Origin: an uncultured delta proteobacterium
Lineage (GTDB): Bacteria > Desulfobacterota > Binatia > Binatales > Binataceae
Direction: 5' to 3'
Length of the DNA: 64,000 bases
Assembly (NCBI GenBank): GCA_963808235.1
Contig: CAWEEQ010000004.1
Coordinates: forward strand, 2,176,001 to 2,240,000
Below are positions 21,039 through 28,713 of this stretch, piece after piece (position 1 is the stretch's first letter; each line of letters opens with the position of its first letter). The notes beneath the pieces were generated by a model. The model had not been told where the DNA came from, ran no database searches, and worked only from the letters and a program-made list of their open reading frames with translations. The position numbers and the translations under genes are program-made.

Positions 21039-21458
21039 GTGGTCAAACTATCACTCCGTCAATGCTGCCTGCTCGCGTGTTTTGCGATTGTTGCCGGATT
21101 CTTCTTCCCGGCGCCTTCTTCTCTGTCCGCCGCCCGTGCGCCAGGCCACCCGGTCGGCCTCAACGTCAGCCTGCGGGACACGGGCAAGACAGTCGCGCTC
21201 CCAGTCGGCGAGCAACTAGTGGTCACGCTTCCGATCACACGCAATTACGCGGACGATACCTGGTACGTGTCGAGCAATTCCGGCGGCGCGCTGAAACTGA
21301 TAGCGGGGCCTGACGAGAAGCACGGGCGAAACTGGACACCTTGGAAGCCCAGCTCGCAGGTGTTCTACTTCCGACGTGAAGCCCCAGGGCGTGTAAATTT
21401 GGTGCTGGAAAGGAAGTACTGGTCGCGGCCGATGATCCTCGACGTAGTCGATCGGTAA
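21039..21458 (+). CDS. Small secreted protein, chagasin/I42-like beta-sandwich
   Basis: Signal peptide, DTGKTVALPVGEQLVVTLP and VFYFRREAPGRVNLVL. GGAGG lies upstream of GTG 21039. Confidence 0.5.
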   Translation: MVKLSLRQCCLLACFAIVAGFFFPAPSSLSAARAPGHPVGLNVSLRDTGKTVALPVGEQLVVTLPITRNYADDTWYVSSNSGGALKLIAGPDEKHGRNWTPWKPSSQVFYFRREAPGRVNLVLERKYWSRPMILDVVDR

Positions 21459-21566
21459 GCACTCGATGGCGGCAGTTGCAGTTTGACCACTGGCCTCATC
21501 CTTGATCCTGCTTTGATCCTTGATACTGCTTGATGCGGCCCCTATAAGAGGGAGAGATACCGGACT

Positions 21567-22994
21567 GTGCTCTTCAATTCACTCGGGTTTCTGGTATTTT
21601 TACCCCTCGTCCTTTGTGTCTATTCGCTGCTGAACCATCGCTGGCAGAATTATTTTCTGCTGGCGGCAAGCCTGTTCTTCTACGCCTGCTGGGATTGGCG
21701 ATTCGTATTCCTTCTTCTCTTAACCGTGGTGGTGGACTTTTACGTCGCGCGCTCGCTCGAATCGATGCAACAGCGCGGCGCAGCGCCCGCGCGGCGCAAG
21801 CTGGTGCTTGCCGTTAGCATGGCGACAAACCTCGTCGTGCTGGGATTTTTCAAGTACTACGACTTCTTTTCGACCAGCCTGCAGACCCTGTTGAGTAGCC
21901 TGGGGCTTGGCGTTGGCATTCACACCCTGAACATCATTCTGCCAGTGGGGATTTCCTTCTATACGTTTCAGTCGATGAGCTACACCATCGACGTGTATAG
22001 GGGCGAACTGCCTGCGACGAAAAGTTTTCTCGATTTCACATTGTTCGTTTGCTTCTTTCCCCATCTGGTAGCCGGACCGATAATGCGCGCGGTCGACATG
22101 CTGCCGCAGGTAATTCAGCCGCGAAAGGTCAGCCGTCAGCAAATCCATGACGGCCTTTATCTGATGCTTTGGGGCTACTGGAAGAAGGTTTTCGTTGCCG
22201 ACAACATGGCCCCGGTGGTCAATCATATCTTCTCCCTTCCACGAGCAACCGGGTTCCAGACGCTTTTGGGTGTGTATGCGTTTGCGGTTCAAATCTACTG
22301 CGACTTTTCGGGATACACGGATATTGCGCGCGGGGTCGCCAAGCTGATGGGATTTGAGTTGATTCTCAACTTCAACCTTCCCTACTTCTCCAGGAGTCCA
22401 CGAGAATTTTGGACCCGCTGGCATATCAGCCTGTCGAATTGGCTGCGCAACTATCTTTATATCCCACTGGGCGGCAACCGTAATGGCGTGTCCAAGACCC
22501 AGCGAAACCTGATGATCACGATGGTGCTGGGAGGGCTATGGCATGGCGCTGCGTGGAATTTTGTGTTCTGGGGTTTTTACCATGGGCTTCTATTGGTGAT
22601 TCACAGGATGCTCGAGCCGCTACTGGCTTTTGTCAAAGCGGCCTCACGCGCTGGGAATTTTATTCTGATATCTCTCGAGATCTTTCTGATGTTTCAACTC
22701 ACCTGTTACGGATGGTTGCTTTTCCGCGCCGAGTCGTTCGCTCAGATCCGGGATATGAGCGCGGCCCTGATGCATCCTATGGACAGTGTCGATCTGGCGT
22801 TGGCGTGGAAGGTGGCCTTCTTCCTCGTCCCTCTACTGGCTATCGAGTTTATCCAGTATATGTCCGGCAAGTGGAATCTCCTTGACTTTTCGTGGATGCC
22901 GATGGAGCTGAAGTCGGCCGCGTTGGCCGTCGTCGCATACTGTGTGCTGTTCCACGCGGCCCAGCCCCAGGCATTCATTTACTTCCAGTTTTGA
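21567..22994 (+). CDS. MBOAT O-acyltransferase (AlgI/PatA/DltB-like) with C-terminal FIYFQF motif
   Basis: MLFNS, LPVGISFYTFQ, FFPHLVAGPI, YCDFSGYTDIA, FWTRWHISLS and GLWHGA (catalytic His). Ends in AFIYFQF. Confidence 0.95.
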   Translation: MLFNSLGFLVFLPLVLCVYSLLNHRWQNYFLLAASLFFYACWDWRFVFLLLLTVVVDFYVARSLESMQQRGAAPARRKLVLAVSMATNLVVLGFFKYYDFFSTSLQTLLSSLGLGVGIHTLNIILPVGISFYTFQSMSYTIDVYRGELPATKSFLDFTLFVCFFPHLVAGPIMRAVDMLPQVIQPRKVSRQQIHDGLYLMLWGYWKKVFVADNMAPVVNHIFSLPRATGFQTLLGVYAFAVQIYCDFSGYTDIARGVAKLMGFELILNFNLPYFSRSPREFWTRWHISLSNWLRNYLYIPLGGNRNGVSKTQRNLMITMVLGGLWHGAAWNFVFWGFYHGLLLVIHRMLEPLLAFVKAASRAGNFILISLEIFLMFQLTCYGWLLFRAESFAQIRDMSAALMHPMDSVDLALAWKVAFFLVPLLAIEFIQYMSGKWNLLDFSWMPMELKSAALAVVAYCVLFHAAQPQAFIYFQF

Positions 22995-23005
22995 GCTGAC
23001 TAATC

Positions 23006-24139
23006 GTGTCCTCTGGATCGATGCACAAGACAATCTACATTCACCTCGCGTTGAGCGCGCTGGTAGCTCTCCTGGTGCTTGAGTTATGCACGCGCTTTGA
23101 CGATCTCATGTCCTTCGGAGCACCCATCTGGCAGGCCTATAGCGCGAACAATCTGTTTGAGTATGACTCACTGGGTAAGCGCGGCAAGCCTTATTCCAGC
23201 TACAAGAAGTGGCGGCTCAACAGCCTTGGGTTTCGCGCTCCTGAGGTGCAGCAGAACCGCTTCCGCATCGTATGTCTCGGCGAGTCTGAGACGTTTGGTT
23301 TGTACGAGCAGCCCGGTAATGAATACCCAGCGCAGCTCGAGCGAGATCTGAACCACTGGGCGGCACGCCGGGTCTTCCAGGTGGTCAATGCCGCCATTCC
23401 CGGACAGACGCTCGTTTCCACCGCGCATCGGGTGCCAGAGATGGTGGCCAGGACGAAGCCGCAAATCGCTGTGATCTATCCGTCTCCCTCCTACTACATA
23501 TGGCTACAAGGCCTGCGCTCCGGCGGGGAGCTTGGCGTTGTGCCAAGGAAGCAAAGGTTTCAATTGCGGCTTGCTGACAATCTCTGGAACCTCACTAAAG
23601 ACGTGCTTGCGATGCTTCCACGGCGACTTCGAATTGCATCATATGAATTTCTGATCAAACGACAAGTGTCGGCGCTGGGTACCCCAGTTATGGAACAGGT
23701 GCCAGACCAGAACATCGAGCGGTACAAGCAGGATCTGTTGGCCCTGATCGATGCGTTGCGAGCAAGCGGCGTCGAGCCCGTATTAGTGACTCACGCTACT
23801 TATTTCGGCACCAATTGTAGGGCGCCGGATCGCCTGACCCTGGCGGAGTGGCGCAAGCTGTATCCGATGCTCAAGGAGAACGGATTCCTCGACATGGAAG
23901 AACGAATGAATGCAGCGATGCGCAGCCTTGCCGCCGCCGATCATGTCCTCTTAGTGGATATGGCAAGTGAGATGCCGCCTGGCCCAAAGTATTTTGCCGA
24001 CATGGTCCATTTCACGGATGAAGGCGCGACGGTGATGGCTGCAAAGCTCGCTCAGGGTCTTGAACCTGCCATCGAGAGCCGCGGCTTCCAATTGACCGGT
24101 CCGAGCAGGATCGACGAGCCGGCAAAGTCCGGCGCCTAG
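23006..24139 (+). CDS. Membrane-anchored SGNH-fold protein (AlgJ/PatB/DltD-like acyltransferase candidate)
   Basis: N-terminal TM, NSLGFR, block I LGESETFG, VVNAAIPG and block V DMVH. Directly follows the MBOAT gene. Confidence 0.8.
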   Translation: MSSGSMHKTIYIHLALSALVALLVLELCTRFDDLMSFGAPIWQAYSANNLFEYDSLGKRGKPYSSYKKWRLNSLGFRAPEVQQNRFRIVCLGESETFGLYEQPGNEYPAQLERDLNHWAARRVFQVVNAAIPGQTLVSTAHRVPEMVARTKPQIAVIYPSPSYYIWLQGLRSGGELGVVPRKQRFQLRLADNLWNLTKDVLAMLPRRLRIASYEFLIKRQVSALGTPVMEQVPDQNIERYKQDLLALIDALRASGVEPVLVTHATYFGTNCRAPDRLTLAEWRKLYPMLKENGFLDMEERMNAAMRSLAAADHVLLVDMASEMPPGPKYFADMVHFTDEGATVMAAKLAQGLEPAIESRGFQLTGPSRIDEPAKSGA

Positions 24140-24146
24140 CGGTCAT

Positions 24147-24893
24147 TCAGGCTTTCGGGCGGAATGCTCTTTTGGCGCGGCTCAGGACTCGCCGAGTCAG
24201 CGTCCGCTCCCCTGAGGCGGGCCAGCATTGCGGTCCTGCGGTCCACATGTAGACCCATTCGGATTCGGAGCCCGGCGGGACTTCTTCGCATGCAGCCAGC
24301 GCCGGATTGGCGGCGATCGCGTCTGGCGACGCGAACAGAACCATATTCTGGCGATACCACCAGGCCAGACGCCTTTCGTCGCGAAGTTTCGGTCGGAACG
24401 GATCGAGCATCCTATGTCCGCACTCCTCGAAGGCTTTTCGCCAATAGGAAAGCGGCTGGCAATTGATGTGTCCTCCGCCCCCCTGACCCGGCGGCGCCGC
24501 CGAAAAGAGGACTTGCGGCGCCGCGGAAGCAAGCTGCCGTACCAAGTGCCGCGAATTGCGCGCGGGTAGATGTTCGGCGACCTCGAGGCAGATGGCTAAA
24601 TCGAATCGACCCGGCGGAATCTCGAACTCGCCGCTCAATTCGGTGGGACGAAAGCAATCGGCCGGAAACAGCAGCGTCGATGGCTTGATATAGTCGCCAT
24701 CCATTCCAACTATTTTCTCTATCCCCTGCGCTCTGAATTCGCTTAGCCATGCACCGCGGCCGCATCCGACGTCCAGGACACTCGACGGATGAGTCAACGC
24801 CACCAACATCGGCACCACGATCCGAGCGGAATCGAGCGCGCGATCGCCCTCGTACATGTCTTCTGCGTAATAGTTTGCCAAGTCCTTGCGCAT
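24147..24893 (-). CDS. Class I SAM-dependent methyltransferase
   Basis: VLDVGCGRG, FDLAICLEVAEHL and FSAAPPGQGGGGHIN motifs. Start uncertain (up to 25019). Confidence 0.85.
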   Translation of the reverse strand: MRKDLANYYAEDMYEGDRALDSARIVVPMLVALTHPSSVLDVGCGRGAWLSEFRAQGIEKIVGMDGDYIKPSTLLFPADCFRPTELSGEFEIPPGRFDLAICLEVAEHLPARNSRHLVRQLASAAPQVLFSAAPPGQGGGGHINCQPLSYWRKAFEECGHRMLDPFRPKLRDERRLAWWYRQNMVLFASPDAIAANPALAACEEVPPGSESEWVYMWTAGPQCWPASGERTLTRRVLSRAKRAFRPKA

Positions 24894-25046
24894 CGCGTAG
24901 GTCCGAATTCTCTGTATCAGTTCTGTCGCAGAGCGAGCAACTCGATAGCTATTTTCCGGCAGCGCGAGCACCGCATCTGAACTCTGAACCACAGTTCCGA
25001 CATCATCGTTGGCAAACAATGTCGCCCTCGGATACGATCGCGCGAT

Positions 25047-25757
25047 ATGAGTCTGTCATATCTGCGGCTTCCTGGCCCCTCGGTCATCGAGGCCATTCTT
25101 AAGCGGCGGCGCCTCAGAGCGGGATTGCGAGGAATCTATCGAAAATTCCGCGACTACACGATGGTTCACGAAGCCAAGTACGTCAATAACCTGGAACTCT
25201 GTTACGAGTTCAGAAAGATTTCCGGCTGCGTCGTGGAGTGCGGCGTCTGGCGTGGCGGCATGAGTGCTGGAATGGCCCAGGTGCTCGGTGCCGACCGGCA
25301 GTATTTTCTGTTCGACAGCTTTGAGGGATTGCCGCCCGCGCGCGAAGATCTGGACGGTGCTTCGGCGGTTGCCTGGCAGAGCGACCCCAAGGCGCCGTTT
25401 CACCACAACAATTGCACTGCCTCGGAAGCGGAAGCGGCGGCGGCGATGAAGCTTTCCGGCATGCCTTCATTCTCGCTCATCAAGGGTTGGTTCAATGAAA
25501 CGCTCCCGCGTTTCGTTCTTCCATGTGACATAGCGGTGCTGCGACTCGATGGCGATTGGTACGATTCTACGCGCGTCTGCCTCGAGAATCTGTATCCGCA
25601 CATCGCACCCGGCGGAATTGTAATTATCGACGACTACTACACTTGGGATGGATGCACGCGAGCGGTCAATGAATTCCTTGCCGGTGTCGCGCCGCCGAAG
25701 GCAGTTCCAAAGCTTCGCCAGTTTCGCGACAGCGTTGCATACTTCATCAAGGGATGA
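25047..25757 (+). CDS. TylF/NovP-family O-methyltransferase (copy 3)
   Basis: GCVVECGVWRGG, FDSFEGLP, KGWFNETLP, RLDGDWYDST and IIDDY motifs. Confidence 0.92.
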   Translation: MSLSYLRLPGPSVIEAILKRRRLRAGLRGIYRKFRDYTMVHEAKYVNNLELCYEFRKISGCVVECGVWRGGMSAGMAQVLGADRQYFLFDSFEGLPPAREDLDGASAVAWQSDPKAPFHHNNCTASEAEAAAAMKLSGMPSFSLIKGWFNETLPRFVLPCDIAVLRLDGDWYDSTRVCLENLYPHIAPGGIVIIDDYYTWDGCTRAVNEFLAGVAPPKAVPKLRQFRDSVAYFIKG

Positions 25758-25805
25758 AGGTGTTCTTTCAAGTTCCAAGCCTGACCCTGAAATAAATGCG
25801 GGCAG

Positions 25806-26822
25806 CTAGCGGGATGGCGCCGAGAGGTAGGCGGCCACCTTCCTGGGCGAGATTGCCATCAGCGTCAGCCACACGGCGTTGGCTAGCCGGTTTCGCATCG
25901 AAAGATTTGGCTCACGCGCCAGCGCCTTGATTCCCTTGACCAGTAGTCCAAACCGGCTGTCGGCTGCGATCGGATGAGTGGCAGGGTCCAGGCGGAGTGA
26001 ACTCATTTTCATTTTTGTCATTCGAAGCGTTGATCCGACGACTTGCGGGTCCAGGTCGATTCCTTTCCGTTTCGCAGTTTTGCACAGAGTTTCGGGTAAG
26101 TAGGAAGTCCCGGTCAGCCGGCGGTGGAGCCGGTCGAGATAGCGCCCGCCAAGATTAGACTCGTTCGCTTCATGCGTCCGGTACAGACCGAGCGATTTTG
26201 GAAGCGAGACAACATCGCCGAAGAATGGCGTCAAGGTAACTAGCGGTTTCTCCGCGACCGCAGTCCAGTCATGTTCGTCCAGCGGCATCAACCTCTCGAG
26301 CGCTGCGCGATTGAAAGCATTCGCACTGGAAGGAGCACTTGGATATCCCCCGCAACGCCGGATTAGGCTGCGTAGATCCCCATTTGGCAGAAAGCCTTCA
26401 AATTCGGGGACGCGCATCCCAAGCGGGACTCGATCCGCGTCGACTATCTCCAACTGAAACTGGACCTTTGCGATGCCGGGCCGCCACGCCTGCGCCACCT
26501 CAGCCACTGCGGAGGGAAGCAGCTCATCGTCCGCGTCCAGGAATATCACCAACTCGCCCCGGCTCGCGGCGAAGCCGGCGTTAAGCGCTGACCCATGCCC
26601 GCCATTGCGCTTGAATACGAATGAAATCTGGCCGCCATAAGACTCGATCACGTCGCGCGATTGATCAGTTGAGCCGTCGTCTACCGCAATCACTTCGACG
26701 TTTGGATATGTCTGTGCGAGCGCGCTATCGACCGCATTGCGCAGGAATCGTTCGTAGTTGTAGTTGATGACTACGATGCTGACCAGCGGCCGTACCGATT
26801 GCGCGGATGGCGCCGTACTCAT
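25806..26822 (-). CDS. Glycosyltransferase family 2 (paralog of 7938-9068)
   Basis: VSIVVINYNYERFL, VDDGSTD and FLDADD. Shares AWRPG.AK.QF and SLR.DP..HP with the 7938 GT2. Confidence 0.92.
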   Translation of the reverse strand: MSTAPSAQSVRPLVSIVVINYNYERFLRNAVDSALAQTYPNVEVIAVDDGSTDQSRDVIESYGGQISFVFKRNGGHGSALNAGFAASRGELVIFLDADDELLPSAVAEVAQAWRPGIAKVQFQLEIVDADRVPLGMRVPEFEGFLPNGDLRSLIRRCGGYPSAPSSANAFNRAALERLMPLDEHDWTAVAEKPLVTLTPFFGDVVSLPKSLGLYRTHEANESNLGGRYLDRLHRRLTGTSYLPETLCKTAKRKGIDLDPQVVGSTLRMTKMKMSSLRLDPATHPIAADSRFGLLVKGIKALAREPNLSMRNRLANAVWLTLMAISPRKVAAYLSAPSR

Positions 26823-26823
26823 C

Positions 26824-28158
26824 TCAGCCGTCTACTCCGTTTGCTTGCAACAGCAGGTAGCCAATGATCGGCAGCACAACCGAAATCGACAGGACACCAG
26901 CGGCCGCGGCACCGGTGGGCCCGTGCCATATCGTGAAGGGATAGATCACGATGGCAAGCACCACCGCGCGAGTGGCCGCCGCGATGACGTATAATTTCGG
27001 TTTTCCGAGCCCGCCGAGAAAGCTTCGGCCGACCACCAGGAAGCCCTGCAGGAGGCCGTAAATGCACAGGACCTTGAGCGGGTTGACCGCATGAACCCAA
27101 GCTGGTCCGAATATCCGGAGGACCGTCTTTGCGCCAAAAGCGAAAATAAACGCAACATACCCGAGGCCGACTGCGGCCACTAACGCCATCACCGACCACA
27201 ACAGGCGTGCTCTCGCCCGGCGATCGTCGCGCAATCGCGCCACCATCGGAAACATCACCAAGGCAGTCGACATCGTGAATTCCGCGACCGGCATCTCGCC
27301 GGCGCGAAAGGCCATTTGGTAGTTGCCGAGCGCTCCGGGGCCGAGCAGATGGCCCACCGCCAGATTGTCGAGTTGCTTCGCGATGAATTCACACAGGGTG
27401 CCGACGCCAGACCATATTCCAAAGGTGAGCATGGTTCTCGCGCGGGCCATGCTAAATCCCAGCCGCGGCCAATGCGGAAACAGCCAATACGTCAAAATGT
27501 CTCGCACCGCCGCACCAACGAGTTGCGAGAACACCAGACCGCGCCAGTCGCGCCAGTACAGCACCGCTACAAGGCCGAATATCAAGCTCGCCCCAACCTC
27601 CGAAACGTTCAGGACGGTCACCAAGTGAAAATCGAGACGCCGATAGAGAGATACGAGGCGTGGACTCGGAATCGATTGCAAGATTGGAAGCGGAACGATC
27701 GCCCAGAAGACGGTGTAAGCGTCGCCCAAATGGAAAAAAGCGCCCAGCGGACGCGCGAACACAACCAATATCAATCCGATGATCAGACTGCGCACAAGAT
27801 AGGTGGTGAATAGAGTGTCAAGATACGGATCGATTTGATCCTGCTGCTGGACAAGCGATTGCCCCATGCGGGGTTCTGTCGCCGCATTCAGCGCCGCGCA
27901 GATCAACATCGCACTGGCGGTCACGCCGAAGTCAAAGGGCTTTAGCAACCGCACGAAGACAACGTACCGCACAGCGATACCAAGTGAGGTCAGACCGCGC
28001 GCCGAGGCAGTCCAGGAAAGACCGGTGAAGAATTTCCTGAGTAGCGCTTCCCGGAGTTGCCTGGAGGTCTCCGCACTGCGGCTGGCGCCCGCGGCGTCCA
28101 TCTCCGGCGCACATGCGTCTGGCGATGGCGCCGCCTCGTTTCCCCGTTTGCGGGTCAT
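26824..28158 (-). CDS. wzx: Wzx-type oligosaccharide flippase (MOP/PST family)
   Basis: Multi-TM protein with RLLKPFDFG, QLDNLAVGHLLGPGALGNYQMAF and FGPAW motifs. Confidence 0.88.
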   Translation of the reverse strand: MTRKRGNEAAPSPDACAPEMDAAGASRSAETSRQLREALLRKFFTGLSWTASARGLTSLGIAVRYVVFVRLLKPFDFGVTASAMLICAALNAATEPRMGQSLVQQQDQIDPYLDTLFTTYLVRSLIIGLILVVFARPLGAFFHLGDAYTVFWAIVPLPILQSIPSPRLVSLYRRLDFHLVTVLNVSEVGASLIFGLVAVLYWRDWRGLVFSQLVGAAVRDILTYWLFPHWPRLGFSMARARTMLTFGIWSGVGTLCEFIAKQLDNLAVGHLLGPGALGNYQMAFRAGEMPVAEFTMSTALVMFPMVARLRDDRRARARLLWSVMALVAAVGLGYVAFIFAFGAKTVLRIFGPAWVHAVNPLKVLCIYGLLQGFLVVGRSFLGGLGKPKLYVIAAATRAVVLAIVIYPFTIWHGPTGAAAAGVLSISVVLPIIGYLLLQANGVDG

Positions 28159-28713
28159 TGTGACAATTATCTCTCCGCTATCCTTATGGTTCTGCGGCCG
28201 CGAAGGAGAGGCGTCCCCTCGCTATCCCTGCACTTTCCGCCGCGCATGGCAAAACTACGATTTGCTACTATGCCACGTAGCTGACGTACGGGCATAGCTG
28301 TCGGGTGATCCATGCGGACAAGCCGCATCGCGACGATTCGGCGAACGATTCCGCTCTGCGCGCCTCAGCGTCGGCGCACACCTGTCCCAGCCTCAACGAG
28401 GCCCTACCTGTCCTGAAGTGCGACGAAGAGTCAGCCGCGCCATGGATGCGGGACATGGCTCCTCGAATTTCAGGGCAGGATGGCACCTTCTCGGATCGCC
28501 AATTCCATGTCGCATTGTCAATTTCATGTCGCATCCTGTTTCAACTTTCAAGCGGTGTCGGAGACAGTATGGACCTCTTAGCTTGTCCGTGAAGCGAGAG
28601 TGTGTCACTGGCGCGACGTGCGTGTGTTGTTACGCGATCGAGTGTTCCACCTTGAAGCATCAGTGAGTGTCGACAGATGACAGCCCTCCATCGGCAGAGA
28701 AGTTGCTCAGTGA

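Noticed and set aside
28159-28713. About 550-bp gap with short ORFs as a possible ncRNA or riboswitch
   Set aside because: No recognisable conserved RNA motif or convincing ORF was found. It is probably a divergent promoter region; an Rfam scan would be needed.
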